Below, piece after piece: positions 49,517 to 58,984 of a stretch of 64,000 bases of DNA. The notes beneath the pieces are model-generated. The model had not been told where the DNA came from. It saw only the letters and a list, made by a program, of their open reading frames with translations, and searched no databases. Location of the stretch: contig CAKPJL010000002.1 of NCBI GenBank assembly GCA_934162655.1, forward strand, positions 20,089 through 84,088, written 5' to 3'. The stretch is from an uncultured Clostridia bacterium (GTDB taxonomy: Bacteria; Bacillota; Clostridia; TANB77; CAG-465). A program made the position numbers and the translations under genes. The stretch's first letter is position 1. Each line of letters begins with the position of its first letter.

Positions 49517-50926
49517 TTATCTACATCTTTCATTATTATTTCTTATCCTTTGAGCTTCTTTTGCATACTTATCTCTTTTTGAATATAGTGCATCTGCTAC
49601 ATCTTTTGCAAACACCTCATCTTCAGTATAAACCGCTCCTATACCCATAGAGTTATTTCTTTCTTCTTCAATCTCTTTTCGTTTAATTCTTTCTACTTCA
49701 AGTTTCGCATTTTCAAAAATTTGCATATCATCATCAGAAACATCATAAATATCACTCGCTGTGGCAAGCATTGCTCCAGCTGCAGATATTGATTGAATAG
49801 CATCTTCGTATCTTTGTTCACTCATCGCTTCGTCAAATTTTTCTATTGCCTCTTCGACTTTTGAAATATTATCAGCGATCATATCATCATGAATAACACT
49901 ACTTGCATCAGACATATTTTTATTTTTGTTGTAATCTTGCTTTTTATTAAATGATTCGACTTTTTGCCCATATATTCTTGATGAATATTTATTATCTAAA
50001 TCAAGACCTAATTTTCTTCTCATTTCTTCGTTTTTTTCTTGTTCAACATTTTCAGCATGAATCAATCCAATACTTGGACTAAGCATTGTTAGTTCTAATT
50101 TCTTTGAAGCGTATTCTTTTTTTAGCAATTCTAGTTGTTTAGTTGAGCCGAAATTATTATCTTCATTATTTGAAATTTGCACCATTTTTTCTTCTATATT
50201 TTCAAGTTCTTGATTTAACTGTTCTATTCTTTTTATTTGCTTTTCACGCACACTATTTGTTATTGAATCGTTTTTTGCTTTTCTGTACTCCATATTTTGC
50301 AAAGTTTCTTTAATCTCTTCATCAAAACCTATTGGCATACCATGATTATTTGTTCTATACCACAAGTCGAGCTTTCTCATATATAATTGATACATTAATA
50401 TTTTATTATCATATTTTGTACCATTAACAATAGAACCAGTTCTAATTTGTCCATCACTTGATTCTTGCAATCTTAAAACTAATTTATAGTATTCTTTTGC
50501 CGTGTTCATATAAACTGCTTTTATCATTTCACTTCTTAGAGCTAAACTGTCTTTTGTTTCATTGTCATCCTCATTTTTTAATTCCTCTTCTAACTTTAAA
50601 GGATCTTTTATGTCTTTTGTTTTCTCTTTTATTTCTTGTTTTCTTTCTTCTTCTAGTTCTTCTTTTGTTTTACCACTAAGACTCTTTGACATATCATCTA
50701 ATACTTGTGGCTTTATTTGTCTTTTTAATTCTTTTAGAAAAGATTTCTTGTCGTATGTAGCAAGCATAATTTCATCTGCTTCATCTTTTGTATAATCTAC
50801 TTTTATATTGCCACTATCTTTAATATTATTAGCATCAATATCAAATATATCCTTATTTAGTAACTCTTCAAGTCTTGCTTCATCTTCTCTTTTAGATTTG
50901 TTAAAATAATCTGTTATAAATCCCAT
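49517..50926 (-). CDS. hypothetical highly charged coiled-coil protein (469 aa)
   Basis: E/K-rich, predicted coiled-coil, no TM helix. Ends 29 nt before fba. Confidence 0.45.
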   Translation of the reverse strand: MGFITDYFNKSKREDEARLEELLNKDIFDIDANNIKDSGNIKVDYTKDEADEIMLATYDKKSFLKELKRQIKPQVLDDMSKSLSGKTKEELEEERKQEIKEKTKDIKDPLKLEEELKNEDDNETKDSLALRSEMIKAVYMNTAKEYYKLVLRLQESSDGQIRTGSIVNGTKYDNKILMYQLYMRKLDLWYRTNNHGMPIGFDEEIKETLQNMEYRKAKNDSITNSVREKQIKRIEQLNQELENIEEKMVQISNNEDNNFGSTKQLELLKKEYASKKLELTMLSPSIGLIHAENVEQEKNEEMRRKLGLDLDNKYSSRIYGQKVESFNKKQDYNKNKNMSDASSVIHDDMIADNISKVEEAIEKFDEAMSEQRYEDAIQSISAAGAMLATASDIYDVSDDDMQIFENAKLEVERIKRKEIEEERNNSMGIGAVYTEDEVFAKDVADALYSKRDKYAKEAQRIRNNNERCR

Positions 50927-50941
50927 ATAACACCTCCTAAA

Positions 50942-51568
50942 TTATATAAACTTCTTGCAAAAACTTGGCCTATGAATGTCTGTAAGACCATATTTTTTAA
51001 TTGCTTCAATATGCATTTTAGTTCCATATCCTTTATGTTTTTTAAAACCATACATAGGATATTTTTCATCATATGCTATAAGTAGTCTATCCCTTGTAAC
51101 CTTAGCAATAATTGAGGCACAAGCAATAGAAAGTGAGGTACTATCCCCTTTTACTATTGTTTTTTGTGGGAATAGAATTTGTAAAACACTTTGATTTCCA
51201 TCTATTAATACATAATCGGGGTTAATTTTTAAATTTTTTACAGCGTCTGCCATGGCAAGTTTTGTAGCATTTAATATATTTACTTTTTCTATAATATCAA
51301 CATCTGATATACCAATTCCAATAGCAAGTGCATTTTTTACAATCTTATCGTATAATTCTTCTCTTTTCTTTTCTGAAAGTTTTTTTGAGTCATTTACACC
51401 TTCAATTAATACACCATCTTTTAAAATAACTGCTGCTGCAACAACTGGTCCACATAGAGGTCCTCGCCCAGCTTCATCAATTCCACAAATAAGTTTGTAT
51501 CCTTCACTTTTTAGAGAATTTTCAATTTCTAACATTTTAGTTAATCTTTGTTCTTCTTTTTTTTCCAT
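50942..51568 (-). CDS. rnhB: ribonuclease HII
   Basis: GIDEAGRGPLCGPVV catalytic motif. Confidence 0.9.
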   Translation of the reverse strand: MEKKEEQRLTKMLEIENSLKSEGYKLICGIDEAGRGPLCGPVVAAAVILKDGVLIEGVNDSKKLSEKKREELYDKIVKNALAIGIGISDVDIIEKVNILNATKLAMADAVKNLKINPDYVLIDGNQSVLQILFPQKTIVKGDSTSLSIACASIIAKVTRDRLLIAYDEKYPMYGFKKHKGYGTKMHIEAIKKYGLTDIHRPSFCKKFI

Positions 51569-51582
51569 ATGTATTCCTCTTA

Positions 51583-52434
51583 TTATAAATCAAGACAATC
51601 TTTATATACTTCATTTTTAGTAATTTTTTTATCCTTTGCCACTTGTTTTATGGCATCTTTTTTATCCATACCATTTTTTATATATTCCTTTACAAGTTCG
51701 ACATTAGATTCTGCACTAATTATATTTGCCTTTTCTTCCTCAAGGCTTTTAATATCCTTACCTTCAACTATTAGTACAATTTCACCTTTTATCCCTTTTT
51801 CTTTTATTCTTATTATTTCATCAGAAATTGTTGTAACTCTATATTCTTCATGAATCTTTGTTAGTTCTCGAGCTACGCAAATTTTTCTATTTCCTATTAT
51901 ATCATATAAATCTTGCAATGTATACAAAATTTTATGTGGGGCTTCATAAAAAATCATAGTTCTTGTTTCGTCTTTAATACTTGCTAAGTGTTCTTTTCTT
52001 TGCTTTTTTGAAACTGACAAAAAACCTTCAAAACAAAACCTTGTATTGTCTATTCCACTACCTACAACACCTGTTATAAGGGCAGTAACACCTGGTATAA
52101 TGGAAATATTATAATTATTTTCTCTTAAATATTTAATTAGATTTTGTCCAGGATCCGAAATTAAAGGCATTCCTGCATCTGAAACAAGGGCAACTTCTTT
52201 TCCCTCATCAAGCAAACTTATAACTTGAGAAAGTTTTTTTTGTTCACTATGTTTTTCATAACTTATTAATGATTTTCTTATATTAAAATGTGTAAGAAGT
52301 TTTAATGTATTTCTTGTATCCTCTGCAAGAATAATGTCTACATTATTTAAGGTTTGTATTGCTCTATATGTAATATCACCTAAGTTTCCTATTGGTGTTC
52401 CTACAACATATAAGGTCCCTTTATTATTTTCCAT
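51583..52434 (-). CDS. rsmI: 16S rRNA (cytidine1402-2'-O)-methyltransferase RsmI
   Basis: LYVVGTPIGNLGDIT tetrapyrrole-methylase-fold N-terminus. Start at MENNKG. Confidence 0.85.
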   Translation of the reverse strand: MENNKGTLYVVGTPIGNLGDITYRAIQTLNNVDIILAEDTRNTLKLLTHFNIRKSLISYEKHSEQKKLSQVISLLDEGKEVALVSDAGMPLISDPGQNLIKYLRENNYNISIIPGVTALITGVVGSGIDNTRFCFEGFLSVSKKQRKEHLASIKDETRTMIFYEAPHKILYTLQDLYDIIGNRKICVARELTKIHEEYRVTTISDEIIRIKEKGIKGEIVLIVEGKDIKSLEEEKANIISAESNVELVKEYIKNGMDKKDAIKQVAKDKKITKNEVYKDCLDL

Positions 52435-53188
52435 AAAAGCTCCCACCTTCCTTTGATATGCCGTACATTTTATATATTTCATCTGTATATGTATTACTAT
52501 CGTCTTTGTATTCAATTAATGGTTTTTCTATTATAAGTTCATTTCCACCTTTTTTTACATATTTTATCAAAACTATGCTTGGTTTTGTATCAACTCTTGG
52601 ATAAACAAATCTTATCGTTTTAGGTTCTAAATTATATTTTCTAGCTACACTAATCAAGTCTGACATTCTTTCTGGTTTATGTACTATATATAGTTGTCCT
52701 TTTACATTTAGTAGCTTATTTGCAGATATGAAAATATCTTCAAGTTTACACTTTACTTCATGACGTGCAATATATTTTATTTCATTTTCGTTTGTAATGC
52801 CTGTCCCAATTTCTTTATATGGGGGATTACATACTATTATATCAATGTTTTGTCCATCTACATTTTGTCTTATTTTTTCTACATCTTTTATATCACAATT
52901 AATTGTTGATATCTTTTCTTCTAAATGATTTTTACTTACATTTTCTTCCAATAAATTAAACATTTCGTTTTGTAGCTCAACGGCGTATATTTTTTTAAAT
53001 TTTTGCTTTGCAGATAATATTATAGAAATTACACCAGAACCGCTACAAAAATCCAAAATAACATTTTTAGAACTATTTGATACAACAAAATTAGCTAGTA
53101 AGATGCTATCCATACCAAAACAGAAATATTTATCGTCTTGTATTATTTTTAGATTATTAATTCCTAACTCATCATACCTTCTACTCAT
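52424..53188 (-). CDS. SAM-dependent methyltransferase, YabB/YfiC (tRNA m6A37)-like
   Basis: DFCSGSGV SAM motif and CNPPY motif. yabB-rsmI synteny as in Bacillus. Confidence 0.7.
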   Translation of the reverse strand: MSRRYDELGINNLKIIQDDKYFCFGMDSILLANFVVSNSSKNVILDFCSGSGVISIILSAKQKFKKIYAVELQNEMFNLLEENVSKNHLEEKISTINCDIKDVEKIRQNVDGQNIDIIVCNPPYKEIGTGITNENEIKYIARHEVKCKLEDIFISANKLLNVKGQLYIVHKPERMSDLISVARKYNLEPKTIRFVYPRVDTKPSIVLIKYVKKGGNELIIEKPLIEYKDDSNTYTDEIYKMYGISKEGGSFYGK

Positions 53189-53325
53189 ATTTTCCTCAAT
53201 TCTTTATCTAACATTATATAACATTTTACTTTACTTTTCAATCTATATTGACAAACATGATATAATAAATTTATATAGTTTAATATCTTCAGATAAATAA
53301 TTTTTATGAAAGGAAAATTTATCAT

Positions 53326-53697
53326 ATGGATAAAAAGAAAATGCTTATGGTAGATGATTTTTTTACATTGTTTTTTACACTTATTATATTAGACTATAAT
53401 CAAATAGCAATAAAAAATAATATTTCCTCTTGTTTTTTTCCATTTTACAATGTACCATACTATAAAGAAATTTTAGGGAATATAAATTATAGAAGATATA
53501 ATGGTATGCTTACATCACCTGAGGTAGACCTTACATTATTTAATTTTGAAAAATCTAACAAAATTAGTATAGGTGAAGGTGGCATTATAATATTTAAAAA
53601 TGTGCTAGATTTAAATTATGAAAAACACTACGATGCAATTTATATAGAAAAATCAAGGAAGCTTATAAATGCTATAATAAATAATCTAAAACTTTAA
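53326..53697 (+). CDS. hypothetical protein (123 aa)
   Basis: ORF only. Confidence 0.35.
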   Translation: MDKKKMLMVDDFFTLFFTLIILDYNQIAIKNNISSCFFPFYNVPYYKEILGNINYRRYNGMLTSPEVDLTLFNFEKSNKISIGEGGIIIFKNVLDLNYEKHYDAIYIEKSRKLINAIINNLKL

Positions 53698-53758
53698 ATA
53701 TAAGTTTATTTATGAGGTATAAAAAATTTACCTCATAATTTTTTAGGAGGGATTTAAT

Positions 53759-54691
53759 ATGAAAATCGAATATACTCTAAAAAATAGTGAGTGTGGTTTA
53801 ACCCTAAAAACCATCTTGAAAGATAGACTGTATGTTTCAAATATTTTAAGATATAATTTAGTAAAATATAACAAAGTAACAGTTAATCAAAAATCAGCAC
53901 ATCTTTTTGATAAATTAGATGCAAAAGATACAGTTAGTATTATACTAGATGACCTTACAGATATAAATTCTAGCATGCTTTCATTTAATGATAAATTTAG
54001 CAGTTTAGATGTGATATCCTCTCTTAATATTTTGTACGAAGATGAATATTTGCTTATTGTAAATAAACCGTCAAATATGCCATCACATCCTTCATGTAAT
54101 AATTATACAAATACGCTCTCAAATATTGTTCATACATATTTAAGAAAACAAAATATTAATACTATTCATTTGATAACGAGGCTTGATAAAAATACTAGTG
54201 GTATTTGTATTTTTGCAAAACATAAATATATTCAAGAACTATTTATAAGAAAAAAGGAACAAATAAATTTAGTAAAAAAATACTTGGCTCTTGTCTATGG
54301 TACTGATTTAGAAGATCATGGAATTATTGAAAAAAATATTACAAGAGATGAAAATTCAATAATACTTAGAAAAACTTGTGATGATGCTATGGGTGATTTC
54401 GCAAAAACTGAGTATTATACAGTATCAAGAAACTATAAAAATAACTATTCTTTGCTAAAGATAATTTTGCATACAGGAAGAACCCACCAAATACGAGTGC
54501 ACATGTCAAGCATAAATCATCCTTTACTAGGAGATGATCTATATAAAAATAATTGTACAGAAAAAGAAATAAAAAGATTAATATCCCGTCAAGCCCTGCA
54601 TGCTTATGAAATAACGCTAAACCACCCAATAACTAACTCTATTATAAGAATAAAAGCTCCTATACCAGATGATATAAATAAATTAATATAA
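53759..54691 (+). CDS. RluA-family pseudouridine synthase (RluD-like)
   Basis: HRLDKNTSG catalytic-Asp motif and N-terminal S4-like segment. Confidence 0.85.
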   Translation: MKIEYTLKNSECGLTLKTILKDRLYVSNILRYNLVKYNKVTVNQKSAHLFDKLDAKDTVSIILDDLTDINSSMLSFNDKFSSLDVISSLNILYEDEYLLIVNKPSNMPSHPSCNNYTNTLSNIVHTYLRKQNINTIHLITRLDKNTSGICIFAKHKYIQELFIRKKEQINLVKKYLALVYGTDLEDHGIIEKNITRDENSIILRKTCDDAMGDFAKTEYYTVSRNYKNNYSLLKIILHTGRTHQIRVHMSSINHPLLGDDLYKNNCTEKEIKRLISRQALHAYEITLNHPITNSIIRIKAPIPDDINKLI

Positions 54692-54726
54692 AAAATACCA
54701 CATAGCAAACTATGTGGTGCTTTTTA

Positions 54727-56982
54727 TTATATAGATATTGGATTTTTCGTAATACTTAAAAAGACTTTTTTATTGTGTTTTTTTTCGAATTCATTTATCT
54801 TTTTATATACATATTTATATACATCTGTATTTAACCTTGTTTTAACTAATACATTTATTCTAAATGTGTTGTTTAATTTTTGTATATGTGGTGCCTTTGG
54901 TGAAAATATTTTGAAATACTTTAAATCATTTTTTTGATCTAAAATGTTGTAGAAATTTATTGCCTCCTTTTTTAACAAGTCAAGGTCAGAACTATGAAGT
55001 TCAAAAAGTAATATATCACAAAAAGGAGGATATTCAAATATTTCCCTGTATTTTATTTCTTTTTCATAAAAACCATTATAATCATGATTTTTAACAGATT
55101 CTATTATATAGCTTTCCTCATCAGAAGTTTCAATTAAAACCCTTCCTACTTTTTTAGCACGGCCAGCTCTGCCAGCGACTTGCGATAAATTTTGATAAGC
55201 CCTTTCATTTGAAGTATATTCAGAAAGTGAAAGCAAATTATCAACTCCTAATATTCCTACAAGTGTAACATCTTCAAAGTCATGACCTTTTGATATCATT
55301 TGGGTACCGATTAAAACATCTGCCTGTTTTGACTTAAATTTATCTATTATTTCACATACGGAATTTCTTAAAACTGTGCTATCTGCATCCATTCTAAGCA
55401 CTCTTAAATTCTTATCAATATTTGAAATCTCTTCTTCTAGTTTTTCAGTACCAAATGTAGAAACACTAACATTGGATGAGTTACATATTGGACAACACAT
55501 TATATTTTTTTCCACATGAGAACAGTAATGACAATGTAATAAATTATTTTTCTTGTGATATGTTAGTGCTATATCGCAATTTGGGCATTTAAATATATAA
55601 GAGCAATCTTTGCATTTATAATAAGCATTATAACCTCTTCTGTTTAAAAATATCATTGTCTGTTCCATGTTATTTTTATTTATAATGATTTCTTGTCTTA
55701 ATCTGCTGCTAATAATTCCTTTATTTCCCATTAGACACTCTTTTTTAGTATCTACTATTTCAATTTCTGGGAGTCTTGCACTACCAGCTCTGTTTTTTAA
55801 TGAAAGTAATTTAATGTTACCTTTTTGTGCACTATAATATGTTATAACCTCAGGTGTGGCACTGCCTAAAAGTAAAAGTGCATTTTCTTTACTACATATA
55901 AACTCAGCAACTTCTTTTGTAGAATATTTAGGAGTGCTAGTAGAATAATAACTTGGATCATGTTCTTCGTCTATTATGACAAGTCCTAAATTTTTTATAG
56001 GTGCAAAAATTGCAGAGCGTGCACCTATAACTATATCTACTTCTCCGTTTAATATTTTTTTGTACTCCTCTTTTCTTTCACTTATTCGCATTTTACTATG
56101 AAGTACTGCAACCTTGGAGCCAAATCTACTAACAAGTCTTATAACGCTTTGATGTGTTAAAGAAATTTCTGGCACTAAAAAAATAACCTTTTTTCTATTT
56201 TCTATTACTTTTTCTATTAACTGTAAATATACCTCCGTTTTCCCACTACCAGTCACACCGTATAACAAAAATTTTTCATAAGTATTTTTGCGTGAAGCAT
56301 CAACTAAGGTCTCTATTGCATATCTTTGTTCATCAGTTGGAATTTTCTTTTGATCCCTTTTTATACTTGAAAAATCTATTACATTGCTTTCTTGTTTTAC
56401 TTTTTCAAGTAATATATATTCTTTCTTTACTAAAGTATTAATTATAGATCTAGAAATTCCTAAATTAGAAATTATATCATTTAGAAGTGCATCATTATTA
56501 TCTTCTAAAAATCTAAGAAGTTCTATATGTTTAGCAGATTTTATTATTTCATTTTCAATATCTTGTTCTATTATAAAAGGTGGTTTTTTTAAGCTTATCT
56601 TTATATCAAATTTATCACTCATGTTCTTAGATGATTTGTTTGATGCAGTACCAGGAGGAAGCATTAATTTTAGTACATCATATACATTACAAAAATATGT
56701 ATAAGACATATACTTAGCAAGACTTAATTTAGTCTCATTTATGTAGGACACTTCATCTAAGACCTTTACTATGCTTTTAAGCTTGAAATTATAGTCTTCT
56801 TTTTTCTTATCTTTTTCTATTTTAACAATAATACCATTTACATTTACCGCTTTTCCTCGTCCAAAATTTACTTCTACTCTTTTTCCAATCTCAATATCTT
56901 TTTCTAAATCTTCGTTAACATAGTAATCATATACTTTATTTAGATTTTTTACTGTTGTATTTATAAGGACTTTTACTATCAT
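54727..56982 (-). CDS. priA: primosomal protein N'
   Basis: LYGVTGSGKTEVY Walker A, DEEH box, CxxC...CxxC zinc-binding insert. Confidence 0.9.
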   Translation of the reverse strand: MIVKVLINTTVKNLNKVYDYYVNEDLEKDIEIGKRVEVNFGRGKAVNVNGIIVKIEKDKKKEDYNFKLKSIVKVLDEVSYINETKLSLAKYMSYTYFCNVYDVLKLMLPPGTASNKSSKNMSDKFDIKISLKKPPFIIEQDIENEIIKSAKHIELLRFLEDNNDALLNDIISNLGISRSIINTLVKKEYILLEKVKQESNVIDFSSIKRDQKKIPTDEQRYAIETLVDASRKNTYEKFLLYGVTGSGKTEVYLQLIEKVIENRKKVIFLVPEISLTHQSVIRLVSRFGSKVAVLHSKMRISERKEEYKKILNGEVDIVIGARSAIFAPIKNLGLVIIDEEHDPSYYSTSTPKYSTKEVAEFICSKENALLLLGSATPEVITYYSAQKGNIKLLSLKNRAGSARLPEIEIVDTKKECLMGNKGIISSRLRQEIIINKNNMEQTMIFLNRRGYNAYYKCKDCSYIFKCPNCDIALTYHKKNNLLHCHYCSHVEKNIMCCPICNSSNVSVSTFGTEKLEEEISNIDKNLRVLRMDADSTVLRNSVCEIIDKFKSKQADVLIGTQMISKGHDFEDVTLVGILGVDNLLSLSEYTSNERAYQNLSQVAGRAGRAKKVGRVLIETSDEESYIIESVKNHDYNGFYEKEIKYREIFEYPPFCDILLFELHSSDLDLLKKEAINFYNILDQKNDLKYFKIFSPKAPHIQKLNNTFRINVLVKTRLNTDVYKYVYKKINEFEKKHNKKVFLSITKNPISI

Positions 56983-57099
56983 AATATACCTCTATCAGTT
57001 ATTATATATTTATTTTAAATTTTTGTCAATTATATGTATAAACAAAAGTTCTAAAAATAAAAATACAGTGCCATTATAAAATGACACTGTAAAATACAT

Positions 57100-57702
57100 T
57101 TACTGATTTGTAAGTGATGTTATGAGGTTATCAGGATAGAGTTTGTAGCTTGCACCAAGGTAGCTAGCAAGTTTTAAAAACTCTATCGATTCAATCTTAT
57201 CTTTTAAAACTATATCATATAGCATTATATGATTTTTAAAAGTAAGTCTCTCAATCAGCTCTTCAAAGTTATCTGACTTGAGTAGCCTATTTAATGCAAA
57301 GAGTTCTTCTGGGACCGACACGATATTTTTAATTCTCGAATCAATATATCCATCTTTATCAAGGAACAGAAGATACATCTTTATTTCATCTTTGGGAAAA
57401 GATTTTACAACGCGATATGGTACAAATTTTGAACCGCTATTCAAAAGAGCATCCCCAATTTTTGTACTGTCTATTGCTTGCATCAGTGCAAATCTATGGC
57501 AATTTGTATTAAGTGCCATATCGCTAACTACTCTTTTGCACCTTTCGAATAAGACATTGTCTGCCTCACAGAAAGCAGAATAGACATTGCCACTTATCTC
57601 ATAGTCTTCAAGTATCCGCTTACGGCAGTTGTTGATCGCCTTTTCGTTTGGAGTAATTGAATACACCAAAACATGTTCTCCCTCATTAACAAAAAAATAC
57701 AT
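57100..57702 (-). CDS. hypothetical protein (200 aa) with locally elevated GC
   Basis: ORF GC is visibly ~36-40% against a ~25% background. No recognised motif. Confidence 0.45.
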   Translation of the reverse strand: MYFFVNEGEHVLVYSITPNEKAINNCRKRILEDYEISGNVYSAFCEADNVLFERCKRVVSDMALNTNCHRFALMQAIDSTKIGDALLNSGSKFVPYRVVKSFPKDEIKMYLLFLDKDGYIDSRIKNIVSVPEELFALNRLLKSDNFEELIERLTFKNHIMLYDIVLKDKIESIEFLKLASYLGASYKLYPDNLITSLTNQ

Positions 57703-57826
57703 AAAATTACCTCCTAAATTTATTTGGTATACTTTTTTTAAAAAGTAGAATTATTATATCATAAAAAAATGCAAAAATCAACATATTTACTTTTATTACA
57801 TAACATAACAATTATATTTTTTATAA

Positions 57827-58342
57827 CTACACAAATCTAAATCTTTTCCTTAATGGATTTAATACAAAAAATATTCTATTTTTAAATATTTTTCTATAAT
57901 AAAAATAAGTTATAATATTTTTAACATGAAAGTAAACTTTTCCACTATACGTATTTAAAAGCATACAAAGTTGTTTTTTTACTTCTTTGTTAATATTTCC
58001 CTTTATTTCTAGAAGCAGTACAACTTTGCCATCTACCATATTTAAAACATCTATAAGCCTTGGTACTTTTTCATATGAGCCTTTTATGTTTAATTTATTT
58101 AAATCATCATAAGTTAAATATTTTATTTTTCCTTTAATTCCTAAAAGTCTTTTTAAATGTCTGTCGTGAAAACACACTAAAATATTATCTTTAGTAATTC
58201 TAATATCAGTTTCAATAGCCATATTATTTTTTATTGCCTCTTTAAAAGAGGTATATGTATTTTCTGGGCATGAAATATGAAATCCTCTATGTGCAATAAC
58301 TAAATCATATATTTCCTTAGATTTTTTAGGCTTAAAAAACAT
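57827..58342 (-). CDS. short glycerophosphodiester phosphodiesterase (GDPD)-like protein, possibly truncated
   Basis: HRGF...PENT...ETD...HD...LEIK motifs of the GDPD N-terminal half. The C-terminal 30 aa are atypical. ATG directly abuts the spoVT stop. Confidence 0.5.
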   Translation of the reverse strand: MFFKPKKSKEIYDLVIAHRGFHISCPENTYTSFKEAIKNNMAIETDIRITKDNILVCFHDRHLKRLLGIKGKIKYLTYDDLNKLNIKGSYEKVPRLIDVLNMVDGKVVLLLEIKGNINKEVKKQLCMLLNTYSGKVYFHVKNIITYFYYRKIFKNRIFFVLNPLRKRFRFV

Positions 58343-58885
58343 TTATATCTCCATTTGACTCTTAAAAAATTCAACCGTTTGTTCAATAAGCTTATCTTCT
58401 ATTGCACCATACATTCTAGTTTTACTAGTATTTAGCATAACAATTGCTCCAATAACGCTACCATCAATATTTAGAGGAGCTATTCTTTCGTTAGTAATTT
58501 TTTTAATATCTTCATCTTCTACAATTTGTAATACTTTTGTTTCAATGCTCATAATTGATCTTTCTAGTAATTTATATAGAAATTTTTCGCTTATTTTCTT
58601 GTTTTTATATTCACTACTATTATTTCCATAACAAAATAACACTTTATTTGTATCAAACAAAATACATGTACTATTTGAAACTTTTGAAAGTGTTTCAATA
58701 TATGATGAACATACTTTTAACACTTCTCCTAGTGGTTCATATTTTCTTAATAATATTTTAGTGTTATCTTCTACTGAAATTTCAAGTTCATCCCCTTCTC
58801 TAATTTTAAGTGTTTTTCTAATTTCTTTTGGTATAACTATTCTACCAAGATCATCAACTTTTCTTACTATACCTGTTTTTTGCAT
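58343..58885 (-). CDS. spoVT: stage V sporulation protein T (AbrB-type N-domain + GAF-like C-domain)
   Basis: GIVRKVDDLGRIVIPKEIR swapped-hairpin domain. The 180-aa length fits SpoVT rather than AbrB. Confidence 0.75.
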   Translation of the reverse strand: MQKTGIVRKVDDLGRIVIPKEIRKTLKIREGDELEISVEDNTKILLRKYEPLGEVLKVCSSYIETLSKVSNSTCILFDTNKVLFCYGNNSSEYKNKKISEKFLYKLLERSIMSIETKVLQIVEDEDIKKITNERIAPLNIDGSVIGAIVMLNTSKTRMYGAIEDKLIEQTVEFFKSQMEI

Positions 58886-58984
58886 AATACCTCCATAAAA
58901 ATAATAAAATAATTTTTTATTAGTATTTGCCTATATAAAAAAAATATTACAAAGTATTTTTTACTTTGCAATATTTTAATTTTT

